64,000 bases of DNA from Chlorokybus atmophyticus (taxonomy: Eukaryota; Plantae; Mesostigma and Chlorokybus algae). The position numbers were made by a program, and so were the translations under genes. Shown in pieces: positions 13,179 to 27,500 of this stretch. The stretch lies in assembly GCA_009103225.1 (NCBI GenBank), contig RHPI01002069.1, positions 893,378-957,377 of the forward strand, in the 5' to 3' direction. Below the pieces are notes generated by a model. That model was not told where the DNA came from. It saw only the letters and a program-made list of their open reading frames with translations, and did no database searches. Within the stretch, counting starts at the first letter, position 1; each line of letters opens with the position of its first letter.

Positions 13179-15674
13179 TTACTCCACCAGAGCGAGCGTG
13201 TGGTCCGACCCGCATGCCAAGTACTGCAGCTTGTGGTCAATGAGGGCCTCTACAGGAGTGGGTTCTGGAGCGTCCAGGGATGTGCCGAGCCCGAGGCGAC
13301 CATTTGCACCTGAGCCCCAGGTGTAGAGACGCCCGTCCTCTGTTATGGCGGCAGAGTGCACGCGTCCGGCTGACACAGCAAACACACCAAGGTCGCGCAA
13401 GGCCTTGACCTCCAACACAGAACCGCTAGCATCCTTCTGCTTGCAGTCACATCAAATAACTATTAGGATAGGATATGTGAAGCGTTGGTGTTTGGTGCTT
13501 GATTTGGCTACGATGGCAGCTGCATTAGTACCTTGCCAAGCTGACCAGCGAGGTTCCAGCCCCACGAGTACACACGCGGAGCCCTGGTCAGGACGAGCGT
13601 GTGGCCGAGTCCAGCCGATATCCAGTCAACTGCTGAACCACCGAAAGAGTCTGGAATACGCTCTGGAAGGTTGCCTCCGGGCCTGCCGAGCTGCCCCAGC
13701 TCGTTGTTGCCGAACGTGCTGCAACTGCCATCCTCTGCAAAAACCGCACATTCCATGTCTGAACTTATAAGTCCATGCCAGTGGTTTGCGAGCACGAGGA
13801 CTTATTCAAATAGGAGCCTGCGGCAACATTGGAGAACAACATGCATGTTGGAATCTTGGCGCTACCTGCGGCAACAACAGAGTGGTCCATCCCGCACGTA
13901 ATATCTATCGCACGGCATTGCAGCTCTGCAAAAGCGGGCACAATGTGCGCCTCCCATGCGATGGGCATTTGCTCAGCTTCCATCTCCGGCTTTGGTGCGG
14001 AACTGTCTTTGGACACGTTGGTCATTGGCACGTTTGATGGGTCGACATCTAACCCCAGCCTCCCGTCCTTCCCAAAACCCCAGGCAAACACTGCACATGA
14101 AAATAACAACCTGATCAGTACAAGTAGCTCCAAGCTCAGAGATGTGCATTCTGTGCAAGCTGCTGTGTTTGGTGTATGCATGTTGCATATGCTGTGTGTA
14201 GCAACATCACCATGCAACAGAGCAAGTCTTGCAAGAAAGTGCATCATCTCAAGCATGTCTCTTAAGTTAGTGCACGAACCTTCTCCAACAGTGGAACGAG
14301 CAAGTACGTGGCCCCACCCGCAGGACACGTCTTCAATTTGGGTTCCTTCAAGGGCTCTGACCCGATCCGGCAGTTCGGCTTCAACAATGCCGTTGCCCAG
14401 TCCGAGCTGCCCGCGCTTGGACCTGCCCCAAGTCCAGACGGACCCATCCGCGCCTATGGCCACGGACATGACGCCGGACGCAGCCGCGGCAACCACCTTC
14501 ACATCATCAAGGCCTTTGACGCGCTCCGGCACGCACCACGATGGATCAAACTGGCCAAAACCCGTTCCTCGCCCCAGCTGGCCCTCAAAGTTGCGGCCCC
14601 ATGCCCACAAACTGCCTGAAGGTGTACAAATTTAGCTAGCAACAAACAGCACAACACAGATTATGGGCTTGTGTGCTATGACGCAGGGACATGTACGTTC
14701 AGTGCTGTACCTGTGGCTGAGACTGCAAGACTGTGGTACAATCCAGCAGCCACGAACCTAATGTCATCAGGAAGGCCTGGCACCTGACACACACGTCAGA
14801 AACTGGTAACACGACTGCATGTGTAATTGTTCAGCTTGCTCTCAAGTTGTCTACTGTCCCCTTGCCAATCCTGCTGTTGGGAAGCTTATGACAGCAGCGT
14901 GGACATGGCGAATGCCATTGTGCAATGTGTACAGCATGTTGGGTTGAGCAGCCTCACCTCTTCTGGCTCGTAAGAGTCCCTTAGCTCCCCGACGCCTAGG
15001 CCAAGAGCACCGCTGCTGCCATCACCAAAGGAAAAGACACGTGCATTCAGAGCGGCGCTGGTAGAGACGGATCGCGAACTGCTCCTTTCACTGGCTCTGC
15101 CAGCTACACGAGCAGAGTGACGAATTGCACAGGCAGTTCTCGCACACAACCTATGAGTATAACAACTTCATTTCCATGGCATTACGTGCGCTTGAGTTCA
15201 CAGCAACTCGGACACAGGTTGGGACGCACTGTGCACTTCCAAACCACCATCTCAACAGTCAAAGTGGACAACTAGGTGTGCAGGCTAGGAAATCTCACAA
15301 CTGTCATTGCAGCTGGCATGCTGTGTGCTTGCTCAAGCCCTGTCTTCCGGGACGACGTGCAGAGGTGCTCTAGCCCTTAATCAATACTCGGACAGCGTGC
15401 AAGACGGTTTCGTTTCGTAATAACCAGAGCAGCCACAGCGTTCTCAAACAGCAGCGGTCAGTGCAATGCAATGCTTGTCTGTCCGGCACATTTAGTAGTG
15501 TCTTGTGTTATGTGTTTAAGCACTGCCAAGTTTACGTCTCTGTGTCACGTTGCACAATGCTTGCCGGACTGCTCTGCATGCACCTGTGGGACCGCACCGG
15601 CAGTGCACAGCCTGGTACCACTGACCTGAGAGAAGGCGACGGGCGGCTGCCCTCGCCACCGCATTGGCCAACAT
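13179..15674 (-). CDS. RCC1-repeat protein with a probable mitochondrial presequence (RCC1L/RUG-like, multi-exon)
   Basis: Several RCC1 repeats (VFSFGDGSSGALGLG, WAWGRNFEGQLGRG, VWTWGRSKRGQLGLG, FAWGFGKDGRLGL, YSWGWNLAGQLG, YTWGSGANGRLGLG); putative first exon MLANAVARAAARRLLS, start uncertain. Confidence 0.85.
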
Positions 15675-16303
15675 GAGTAGTGGACGACAATTGCACACTA
15701 GGCAGGTCCTTGGAGGGGAGGCGGGAAGTGCAACGCTTCCAGCTGCTGGACTGCTGGCAATCACTGCTCGCTGTTGCTTGCAGCACGTCTGTCCAGCTGC
15801 CCGCCTATCAATTGACTGAAATAGCTTGATATCAGCCACACACACTCAACCACGACGATTTGCACGTCCACAGCGCCACCGCCGCTCCGCCAGAAGTGCA
15901 TGCAAATACGCAGCACTGCTCGAGCTAGCAAGCCCCTGCAATGGAAACAGCACTGAATCTCTCATCTCAACAAAATCCAGACCTAGCCTGTGGAGCCCAT
16001 GTAGCCTAAGAGATCAAGCTGTACAGTCCATTGAGCAGCACCTTTCATCACCTCGTTTACTGTTACTCTTCAGTCAAAGTTTGACTGTAAAAGTGACCGT
16101 AGAACTCGCCGCTCTGGGCGGCCACGTGGCAGCCCTCGTCGCGGCATTGGGCTGCATTGCATTGTTACAAGAAAGAAAATTATCAATCTGACGGACCATC
16201 TAACCTGGACGGTTAGAAGTTCCTTAAGATTCGTTAACGTCTCCCGTTATCAACATCCGCGCACCCCGCCCAGCAGCGGCGGCGTTGAGCCCCAGGGACT
16301 AGC

Positions 16304-16954
16304 ATGGCGCTGACGCTGGCGGGGCGAGGCATATTGCTGGACATCGTTGACGATGAATGGATGGCCGACACACTGCCTGATGACGGTGCGGGAAGGTAGA
16401 AGGCAGCGGACATTAGGCTTTTTTGTTTGCATGCTTGTGTTAGTCAACTGTTGCTGGAGGAGAGAAAGCAGGGGTCATAGATTTTAAGGCAGAGACATTG
16501 AAAGATAGACATGCTGGAGGATGCGATCATTGTGCTGCAGCGTGGTCGTCTCAACATTCTATGCTTGTCTGCTGAGTTGACAGCACTGCCAAACGGCTGT
16601 TCTGCAAAAGGTCCCGTCCTTGCTCATTGCGTAAGGCGTTTTCTTAGTCAGTTCACTTACACGCTGAAGCTAATCATGCATGTGTGGCCAGATATCCAGC
16701 TTCCTGCTGGCACTGCCCCGTCAACCGAGGAACATGAAGAAAGCAGTAAGCATCAACGCGGTCAATTGATTGTGTGTCTACGCGTGGTTAACCTGTGCGC
16801 CCATTCATGCACATACCAAGCATGCTATGGATGCTGCAATCAATGATGCTTGCATGACCACAGTGCAGTAACGCATGCATAATTGGCAGCAGGAGAGGCC
16901 AGGGTGAAGGAGGAAGACAAGTGGACAGAGACCGGCCTGCAAACCGTGACATAA
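16304..16954 (+). CDS. APC13: anaphase-promoting complex subunit 13 (3 exons)
   Basis: MALTLAGRGILLDIVDDEWMADTLPDD|DIQLP...|EEDKWTETGL resembles the plant APC13 pattern (GILIDIVDEEWMRDTLPDD...W). Confidence 0.88.
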
Positions 16955-18444
16955 TCCTTGCGTGATTCACAGCTGCTGTGTGTTTGCATGCTCCAGAAGT
17001 CTTGCTGCGGTGGGTGACGAAGCGTGTACTTCATTCAATATTGTCAGCACCGGGCACACCATGCTCCACTGGAAGCTCCAACCCAGCAGCAGCACCAGAA
17101 GCTCCCTTCAACAAGACAACAGCTTTCTGGCACAGCCGGCAGGCGTGCAGTTGTAATTGCAGTTGGCAAGTTGCCCTACAGGCTCGAGTCTCGCATAAAG
17201 GTCAAAGGCAGCCTGTTAGCAAAATGTGTACCTGCTGCATTGGCACAAAAATAATGTACAGTCACCTATTTTCGGCAAACGCAACTGTAACTCTAGCACA
17301 GCGATGAGAAGTATTAATGTAGGTACCACTGATGCTCATCGTGATGAAGTCGTTATACATACATCGAAACAACCCCGTTTTTACAAATTCTCGTCCAGCC
17401 TACTCCCAGGCATGAGCAGTAGGGGTAGCATTACAGTGAGGAGTAGTGAATTGGGTACCTTGTACAAACAATGCGCAACAGAATGGCACATGCATAGTGG
17501 CATGCATATCAATGTATAGACTGTCTGTGAATCCTGAATGTGTACATGTATATGTACAAGGCTGGCAGACCAGTGCATGCACTACGAGCTTTGCACGCAT
17601 GTGCCTAGCCCGGTGGTTATGATTGAAGTGAGCATGTTGGCACACTTGATGTCTTCTGAATGCATAATGCTTGCATGTTGTCACTATCAGATTGCATTCT
17701 TTGTACACAAATTAGATTGCGCGAAACGATGCTAGCACACGTAGCTGCCTACCAAGTCACACAAACACCAATGGCAAAACCCAGTACACAGTCACATGCG
17801 TTCACTCTTGGAGGTTGCTTGATAGCAATTCTTGTGTACAGGATATGCTGCCAGTAGTGTGTTATGCGCACCCGAAAGACTTACAGCGGCATTAGGGCTT
17901 TGCATACTATACTGCCTATTGCAAAGGGCATGCGTGCACCTGCAGGCATAGGTGCTTGCCACTGCTTTACTAGTCAGTGGTACCTGTGCAATCCTCTGTA
18001 ACACCTGTGCAAGTACGAATCCATGGCCCTGGTGTCAGTTCTCGGTGTGGCACCGGCCGAGACCTGACACTACGCAACAGTTGCATGTGATGCATGCGCT
18101 GTTGCTGAGTGACACCCCATGCATTGTGATGAATGCCTTGTGACATGCATGCTAACTCTCAGCTTGTCGCAAGTTAAGGTGGTATGCTGGGTTGTGACTG
18201 CCTATCAGACAATGCATTTTGCAGACGTTGAAGGGCATACATGATGCACAACGAGTCATTGCACAGTGCATCACACAAGCAATCAGTGCCGTTTTTGCGA
18301 CTTAGCCCTTTCCTCTGCTTCTTTCCGTTTTTGCAACCTGCGCACAGGAGTAAGCAGTCAGCAACCGAACACTGGCAAGGGCCCAACCATTGTCCAGACA
18401 CTAGGGTACCCACTCAACTGCAAACCCATGAATTACTCAAATAC

Positions 18445-20915
18445 TTACGCGTAGCTAGCATAGTTGCTGGCTGCCGGAGCGCTCGCAGGAAGTGGAGGCC
18501 TTGAGCTGTCAACCTTGCGTGACAATCGACGTGTCTTTACTTTTACAATTATAGTTACTGCCCTGGTTGAGCACAGACAAGTGCCCCATGCAACCGATCT
18601 TGGGCGTACCTTGTCCCACTTGCTCTTCTTGCTGGCAGCAACTGCTGCCTTCGCGCCAGCTGCAACTGTGTCACCTGCCGCGGACCCTCCAGAAGCTGCC
18701 GTGTGACAGCAAGAACATGTCAACCGCAGGAAAAATCAATAAGGCCATGTGCGCGCGGCCACCTGAACACACCTGTCTGTGCTGACAGTCGGGGCATGCC
18801 AACAGCGGGCCGGGTCTCCGTGCCAGAGAGCGTCGCGGGCACGCCCACAGCCGTGCGCTGGATACCACCCTGAACAAACTCAACTCGTGTCGCCGGCTTG
18901 CGCTGCGCTTCCTTACGCTCAGCCTCTCTTCGCTGCTCGGCAGCTGCACCGAGCAACCACAGTAAGAAAGTCAAAGCAAGCACTATGCCATTGCACACAA
19001 CTGGATACAATACTGCGTAATCGGGGAACAGCCCAAAGGCAATCAACAGCCATGTGCATGCACACAATATTGGGGCGCACCAAGTGTGTCGTAGAAGTCT
19101 GCGGGATCCATGCCACGCGGGTCAAATTTGTCTTTGGGCAGCTGAGTTCCAAGCTCGTCAATCTCAAAAGTCTCCACGGCATGGCTCAGGAAGTCGGGAT
19201 TCCGGTATGCTTTGGACCTTCGCAGCTCGGTGTTTATCAAAATATGTTTCCGTTCCTTGATGTCCAAGAACTTGACAATCAAGCCCTGCGCACATACTGC
19301 TGCAGTCAGCGGGCTTCACATCAATGACAACAAATGCCTGCATGAGACTTTACCAAACACGCACTTGCAGTTTCGGGTCACATTTGCCGGGAGGTGGGGG
19401 TAGTAGCCAGTTGTTGGTTGGTGATGCGGGTGTCGAGCTCTCGCCTTGCCTTAGAGGTGTACCATCCATTGGCGGAGGAGTTAGTCCCACCTGGGTAAAA
19501 TGCGTCTGATGGCGAGCACGGCAATTGGCAAGATCAACTGTAAAAAGCGTGCTACAAAGCATCCAACAGCAGTCACTTGCTGGTATAACTTAATGACAGA
19601 AAATATAGGATGGAACACAACTGCAAACGAGCACACTCTCAAGAAAACTGCTGCGATCAGCTGCTGCACGCTGCTGCGATGGCAAAGGATGCGCAGTGCC
19701 TCAATACCTCCATACCTTAGGGGCAGCATCTACAGGGTGGTTCGCAAACACCTGTGGCGTAGAAGGGGGCTCATCTTCTGCTAGTATTGCTCGCCCAAAA
19801 CCTGGACGCAGGGTGGCTCTGACTTATACAGGATTTATATCTTCACAACATCCCAACCGAACATCAGATTCTCTCTATTGCACTGTGCTTACAACGGCTA
19901 ATGTTGCATGCACAGAGTTTCCAAAGGTCAGGGGGCAACTATCACAGTGTTGCTGCGCATATGACACAGCGTGCATGGGACATTGCAGTAAATGACTCAA
20001 AAGGTGTGTGGACTTGATGGACATGCCTTGTGCGTGTGCATGCCCATCAAGTCCACACACCTTCATTGTCTCCCTCTGCATCGGGAGACAGACCCTCGCC
20101 CTCGTAATCAGCGATACCGAGAATGCCCCCCGACCGTATGGAGGCGGGTGTCGTGGCCAAAGGTGTCGGCAGCGCCGCTGCGCTGACCTCTTGCACCTCG
20201 TCTCGATGAGGTTCAACAACGCCTTCACCAGCTCTGTGCTCGACTTCAGTATCTTCTGGCTGTTGTGCTGCCTCTCTCTCCTGACCTTCCTCTCCTGCAC
20301 AAGGAACCAAGTTGCGGGCGTGTTTGTAGTATGCGTGTATGCATTCTTGTACACGCGCACCCCAACTCCAGATCAGCGCACGCATACTTATTTGGTCGGT
20401 CACTTCCCCGCTAAACCAGTAGTTGCGCACGTAAAGTAACATGCGCCACTGATGCAATACAAAAGCTGTCACTACTGATTAATAACGAATACTTGCAGAA
20501 CATTGTTAAAATTGCACTGTCAATTTTATTAGCGAGTAAGTGCAGCGCAAGTAGTGAGTGAATAGCACGTACTATACGATGAAGTTATTGCGTGACTTAT
20601 TGTGGCACACAGGACGCGCTTGCATTACAAATGCGTGACGGTATTCAGATCCTGCGTACACTGGACGACTTCAATGAAGGGAAAGTTGCATGCTGTTTAT
20701 TACCTATCACGCTAATTGCTGTCGTAATACATTGTGTAGGCCAGAGACAGAAAACCCCAGACTTGATACAGTTCCTTACAACCCTTCATTTGGGCTACAG
20801 CGTACAGTGTTCATTGTTTACATTTGACTATCGGGTTGCAAAATCATTTACCTTCGCTGTCGTCGTCATAAGCCGCAAGAAGAGCAATGCTCTCGGGTTT
20901 TTTGCGCTTGGACAT
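18445..20915 (-). CDS. SAP30BP: SAP30-binding protein (HCNGP family, multi-exon; 3' end approximate)
   Basis: MSKRKKPESIALLAAYDDDSE start; LPPPPGKCDPKLQ; INTELRRSKAYRNPDFLSHAVETFEIDELGTQLPKDKFDP; FYDTL; KKSKWDK. Confidence 0.88.
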
Positions 20916-22948
20916 TGCTGGCTTTTCCGCGGCACTACCTCCTCAACCAACGCCTGTTACTCAACCATTCGCTGCTGCTGCTAACACTTCTAACCCTAAT
21001 GCTATCGCCTGACAGTAGCAGCTAAGCTACTGATGAGTACTCGACTGCCGACTAGTTTCGCAATCCCTCATGTCAGCTCGACAACAACGGACGAAAGACC
21101 GCAAAACGTACACAAAACTACACAAAACGGCTGGCTGGTTTCTTAACGCAGCACACTAGCAGTGCTTGCTTGAGCGCCGAGACAAGGTTTGGCATGCCCG
21201 GCACCAAAGTCGGTTGTGTGGTAACATGACAATAAGCTGCCTTCAAGCTCGCCTCAAATTGATACAGTAGCATGCGCGATGATCATGTTCTAAACGCGCA
21301 AACTGTGTGTGTATGTGGCGTGGACGGCTGAGCAGTGTCCTCCACGGCCGCGGCCTCCGCCGCCGCCGCCCCTTGGGCCGCCGCCTTACCGCCGACAGAC
21401 CTGTCGGCGGAGTCACTACGGTGCTTGCAAGAGTGACTGCATCGACTAGTGTACCCTGTGTTGGTGACAACGGAAATTTATGGAGGCTGCATGTCCTTCA
21501 TGATGCAGGCTGCACTATGCAGCCTGAGGCAAGGACAAAACGTGGCTATGTACCTCTACTTGGCAAAATCCTGCACAAATGTACTTTGAAGCTGAACGTG
21601 CAAGCGAGCAAAGAAATACCATGTGTAATGATACTTATATAATGTCCAGAGACAATTGTAATAAAAATGCATGATGATGCAATCTCGGTTGAACCTAACA
21701 TCTAATCGAAGTATAAGTTTATATACACTTAATCTTTCTTTTAACCTGACATCCCGTTGGGTATTGCCTATCGATTGTCTAGTTGCAAAAATACTTTATT
21801 AACATATGCGGCTGACTTGCGCTATTGTCAATTTAATATCAACGCAACGCGTTAGCACCTTACAATCATGATTACAACAAGTTGTAGTCTTTACTTGCAG
21901 TTAAGAATGATTTGTTTGAAATGGTCGTTTTCGAAGACGACTGAATCACTGGTTACGATATGAGTATAGGTAATTTTTGAGCGATATTAATTGATGATGA
22001 CATAAATATGTTAAATTATGTCAGTATTGCAGAGTTTCATGCCTTGGAAAAATGATCAAAACTTGGTGTGTGTATAGAGCTAGGGGGCTCAGAGGTAATA
22101 CATAAGAATAGAAAAAGCCATAGTTACCACCATGGTCTTCTATAGTTTGAATGGCCGGACCCCCGTCGTAACACATTGTTACTACGCTGCGCACAGTGTT
22201 GTGAATACGACAACGTAAATTGCCCACAATAGCCTGGATCTTCGCATGTTAAAGACTTTTATTAAAAGTCAACGATTGTACCCTACAATTACAATTTGCC
22301 AACTTAGTAGCGGTGCACAGTGTGTACATAATAGTGCACACACAGCTCACATGTAAGCTGTGTGTGCACTATAATGGGAGCTTGTGCAGTGTATATGTGT
22401 TGTAATCGTCAATCAATGCGCATATGCATTGAGGTTTGTGTGTGCAGGGTGATCATTGACTTGGCATGTTATTCACAGATCACAGTGTACACGTTTTTCT
22501 TTGATGACGTGATCACTACTTTATCCAAGAAACAATGCAATGCACAATGCAATAATGCATTAACAATGCAAACAATGAACAATGCATTCAGAAGTGCACT
22601 CATACATGGTCAGTGGTAGTGGGGTATTTTGCATGATACATATCACACATCAAATTACTATTTGTGGTAGACAACATGTTCAGCACGGTAGCTCCCGGAA
22701 CATATAAACATGTAGCACATAATGTACATATGTGTAAATGTATGATTGTAAGGGCTTCTTTTGCTCTGCATGAAGCTTGCTGTTGCACATCTGCGTAAGG
22801 TGAGGGTGAAGGTTGGAGTGCATGTTACCAAGCCGGGCTGAGGCCCAACCAACTATGCAAGTTATTTTGAGAATGACTAGCAGCTAGTTATCCTTGTGCT
22901 CGAGAAGGATGGACCCTCAGACACGCACAATGACATCAATCAGTAGCT

Positions 22949-23144
<196 letters not shown>

Positions 23145-23299
23145 NACGTGCATCTCAGCGGCCGTAGCGTGTATTGCATTGGTAACATACAAAAGCGCAG
23201 ACGTGGTTTGTACAAACAATGCGAAACGGAAATGCACATGCATTTGTATATAAGGGTCCTGCTTTTGGGCATTCACAATTTCAAGGCAACAAGTATCGT

Positions 23300-24192
23300 G
23301 TGTCATTTTAAGTGCATGCCACCATGCATGACTACGCATTGGGTAACAACTATGGTGGCCACCATTGAATGCAGACTCAGCGAAAAGCTGAAGTTGAAAG
23401 GAATAGACAGAAGTATTTTGGGGCAATGCCAGGGACTGCGCAGTCCCTGCATGGCATGCTAAGCTAAACGCAAGGGTTGTGCAGTTGCACCCGCCAGTTT
23501 GTCAAGCATTGTGACCTCTATACTGCGATCGAAAGGTCTACTGGTATTGAGGCCTCGAAGAACCGCGTCTGTCAATTGCTTCGTGTAATCATAAACAGAG
23601 AACTGCAACTGTGCGCTGCTCAATTGCACAAACTCTGTGCGTGTATCCTTCCTGCCATGTATAAGTACAGAAATTGTCAACGTATGTATCCATCTGTGCG
23701 AGTGTTTGTATACAGTCTACCCCCGTTAAAAGACCTCGCTTTAAGAGAATAACCCCGTTGAGATCATCATTTTGCAAAAGACCGATCGTTTTACGGGCAA
23801 TATCTTCGGTTAGTGGAATAGTCTTGTACGTAATAAGACTAAAGAGAAGGCTTAATATTCCAAGTGGGTCACTCTTATAATGGGGGAATACCTTGTTAAC
23901 AGCATAACTATTTCGCTGGTATTAGAATAAACATCACCTTTAACAATAGAAGCCATGTATGATATTGTATAATATATACAAGAAATATAAATGTTATTTT
24001 TGCCACGTCAGCATATGATGACGTGGCTTAAGGTTATCAATCAATACCCCCATTAACCGAATATATATTCTTTAAACGGTAAAAGAATATATATTCTTAT
24101 ATGCGCCAAGAGAATAACCCCATTAGTGGAATGAAAAGCTGATAAATAAACGTGATTCTTGTAACGGGGGTAGACTGTACACGCGCACGTGT

Positions 24193-24250
<58 letters not shown>

Positions 24251-24536
24251 GTGTGTGTGTGTGCGTGTGTGTGTGTATGTGTGTGTGTTGCTCACGCTCG
24301 GTGCATGCATGCGTATGTGAGCCCGTGTGTGTGCACATGTGTGTACACGTGTCAGAAATACATGGTGCCTGTGTGTGCGCGCGTTGTTGTCCACTTTGTG
24401 CAGCGAACAAATCTTGTTGGAGATAAAAGACAGTAGACATTGTGTACAAGTCGGCTTACCTCTCCGTCAATCAATGGCGCTGTATAGTTGTGGAAGGTAT
24501 TGCCTGATGCTGTGATGGCGAAGCCACACACGTACG
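23300..24536 (-). CDS. putative exons of an unannotated multi-exon gene (possibly glycosyltransferase family 61-like); full extent unknown, perhaps ~21900-26500
   Basis: Phase-compatible AG/GT-bounded exons 24536-24460 (xYVCGFAITASGNTFHNYTAPLIDGE), 23602-23516 (FSVYDYTKQLTDAVLRGLNTSRPFDRSIE) and from 23446 (GLRSPWHCPKILLSIP); family assignment is weak. Confidence 0.3.
23713..24177. mobile_element. Tc1/mariner-type (Stowaway/pogo-like) MITE, 465 bp
   Basis: Perfect 16-bp TIR CAGTCTACCCCCGTTA / TAACGGGGGTAGACTG; TA duplication at 23711-12 and 24178-79; AT-rich noncoding interior. Confidence 0.9.
24180..24290. repeat. (TG)n/(CA)n microsatellite abutting the MITE
   Basis: Direct reading. Confidence 0.95.
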
Positions 24537-27500
24537 CTGCTGCATGCGCTCGGTCAGGGGATCATGTGAAGATGACCGTGGTAGCGTCGCAAAGCTCTTG
24601 CACTTAATACGTTGCCGCTTGCACACCCAGCAGCCGTGCGATCCCGACTGCAATTGCCTAGTCGCTGCTACTAAGGTGTTTGCCTATCTCATTGTTACAT
24701 GGTGCAACAAACAGTACGGCTTGGTCCCGCCTCCTCGACTCTGCATGCATGTTGGTATGCAGTTCTGCGTCCAACATGTCTTTCACATGCAGAGCGTAGC
24801 GTACAACGCTGCTGGCCTGCTCTTCGCTGCCAGCTGGCACGCAGTTGCAAGCCCGCTGAATTAGGTCAATGTTGAAGTCGGGCTTCGAGCTCGCATGGGA
24901 CCAGCATGGCCGAACTAAAAGTGCCGGTTGGAAGCTGCCACAAGCGCTCAGGCGCACTCCGGTAAGGCGCAAAATCCTGAGGGGAGCCGTGGAGTACATA
25001 GCAATGGTTGGTTTGTGTTGTGCATCAAGCAAGAAGAGGTAGCGATTACACTCTTTATGCTGTTTGGCTTGCCTGGTTCTGATTGGAGTTTTGATCTTGC
25101 TGGCTGCCGGGTCCATCGTGCTGGTGTTTTGTGCTGGCTTCACTGCTGTCATGCGAGTCATTGTTTACATAGAACACTAGTCAGCCAGCGCACACGTGCA
25201 CGCACACCCGCGCACACATGCACGCATGTACATGTGCATGTTACGTGCACGTTTGACAAAGATAGCACGCGTAACACTCATAGTTGCTAATTAGCATGCT
25301 GTTCACGAGCGAAAGGCAAGCAACGATATTTCCACAATCTGCGTTGCGTTCAGAACATTGCTGCGTACTTGGTGGTGTGTGGAGAGGCTGCAGATGTCGC
25401 AGACGAGTCTCAAGTCGGGTCCCGAGCAAAATAGCTGTGAGCTTTCCATAAACATGGACGCTGTGACACAAACCCGTATTGTTAATGTTATACTAGTAAG
25501 CTGACAAAAATTGTATTGCGTTGTACAATCCAATGTCTGACTTGACACACTATATACACACGCGCACGCGCCCACAAACATGCTTCTTCGCTTGCTGCCG
25601 GTTTAAGCGGCTGCTTGCAACAGTGCAACTGCTTGGTTGCATTGCGTCCTGGCTGTGGTGTGCGGACAGTCACCTGCGCGTTGCAGCTTTGCTTTAGCCA
25701 AGACAGCTTCACTGGCTTGCTCCCATTGATTGTGCGCTTGTTCAGCTCACTTCAGTCCACATGCTGCTGTCGCCTTAGCTAGAAAAGAGTCCATGAATTG
25801 AGCCACACAGCGAAAGAAAATCCTGCTGAGAAACAGCAGTATTGCACAGAAGATAGTGTCTTGACCACAAATGCCGTAAGCCAAAGGCGAAGGCGCATAT
25901 GCGCGCGTCGCAAACAGCTGCCAGCATGAAGTTTTTACCGACAAACTTTTCTGCTTGCCAACGAAGCAGGGTAAAGCTATCCTAGCACGGCACTACACAT
26001 GCAGACCGGCGTTTGACAAGGTCACTTATTTGCTAATAACCATCATCACGCAGTGCCTTTGGTATTGTACGCAATGACCATTTACACACCGAGAGAGCCA
26101 GCAGCTTTGGCGGCCGTTCCTGAATGCATGCATGTTTTACAGAGAGTGCAGCAAAGCTTTCATACACATTGTTCCAGCTGAGTTGCATGCTCATACCGAA
26201 GTAGAAGCAACGTTATTCGTGCTGCTGGTAGCCAGCTTCAGCTAGCCACCTCCTTACCCGCCAGGCCGCAGGTCCCGTTTGAGCAGCGCCTGCCACCTTA
26301 GCTCTCCCAGTCAAGCTTGATAGCGAGGGTGCAGAGAATGCAACCTCCCTCTCAGCCTTGACCCACTCCTGCCCGCCGACGCCGCCAGCGACAAGCGCAC
26401 CGACCGAAGCAGCAGCGCCCGATTACCGACAGACACAAAGCTCAGACAGAAGGCAGAAGAAGAAGCATGCATAACTGCTATCGACGTAGTTTGCAAACTG
26501 TGGCCGATTAAAACGGGGAAAAGTGATTGATATCACGATGCCAACGACATCTCCAAGGTCACACCGGCGAGGTCACATCAGCAGCGCCGCTTGCTTCGCA
26601 TGCAGCAAAGTACTCGAGGAGACGGCGGTCCTGGCTTGCCGGCCCACGGCCATCCGCCTCACCGGGAGACGCCAGGACGACGCGGTCCCCGCGACGGCTC
26701 TGGCTGATGTCGCTGCTCTGACTCATGATGATGTTGTTGTGTGTAGTGGTTATACGCGTGCGTAGCAGTGATGTTTATGGTGAGGTTTAGGTATGAAACC
26801 GCTAGCCCACGAACTCATGCGTTACCACGTTATAAATTCGTTTGAGGGACAACATGCACGCCAGCATACAAGTACACTGTGCCACAATATGTAACGTGCT
26901 AAGGACACCGCAGGTTGTGGATGCAGCCGCCCATAGATGCGGGACCACACGCAAACCTAGTGCGGGCCAAGTAGACCAACCTTGCCACCAGCAAGGAACA
27001 GGTGTCGCCTGCACTGGCAAGTGAAATCGCAAGGCCCTCACAATCGAGGCGTTTATGGGCGTCATTGTAAAGTCCCGGGTGCAGGTGCGGCTCGAGGAAT
27101 GAACCCCCAATCTACACAATTCAAGATTTCTAAAGCGCATCATGCGTGGCACTGCATTCCCCAAGGTGTCGCCGCTTCCGATGTGGTTTGCAACCCCGGG
27201 GGGGAGGCGGGGAGGGGGGGAGGGGGATGTTGTGTAACATAGTAATTGTTCGGTGGCAACTGTGTCAAGCTGAAGGTTGTAATGAAGCAGCGAGTGCCAG
27301 GCTTGGTTACATTGCATGCGAGCTGCATGCTGTTCAACTTGGTTCAATCGTGCGTGCGTGTGTGTCAAATTTGAGCACGTGCCTTAGGGCAATTGCTCAC
27401 AAAAGGCAGCAGACTACACTGTGCTAAGTTTACCACAGTGTAGTCTGCTGCCTGCGGTTTTGTGCCACAGTGTGCTTGACCAGATGTACACCTTGTATAT

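Noticed and set aside
21640-22330. AT-rich block as endogenous virus or transposase
   Set aside because: No TIRs, TSDs or convincing viral or DDE motifs by eye; kept only as a possible part of the cryptic gene.
24053-24449. HT/CV-repeat ORFs
   Set aside because: Translations of the (TG)n microsatellite and MITE edge.
24460-24660. Apparent in-frame TGA (possible selenocysteine) upstream of AYVCGFAIT
   Set aside because: An in-frame TAA lies just upstream, a good splice acceptor explains the open frame, and no SECIS was seen.
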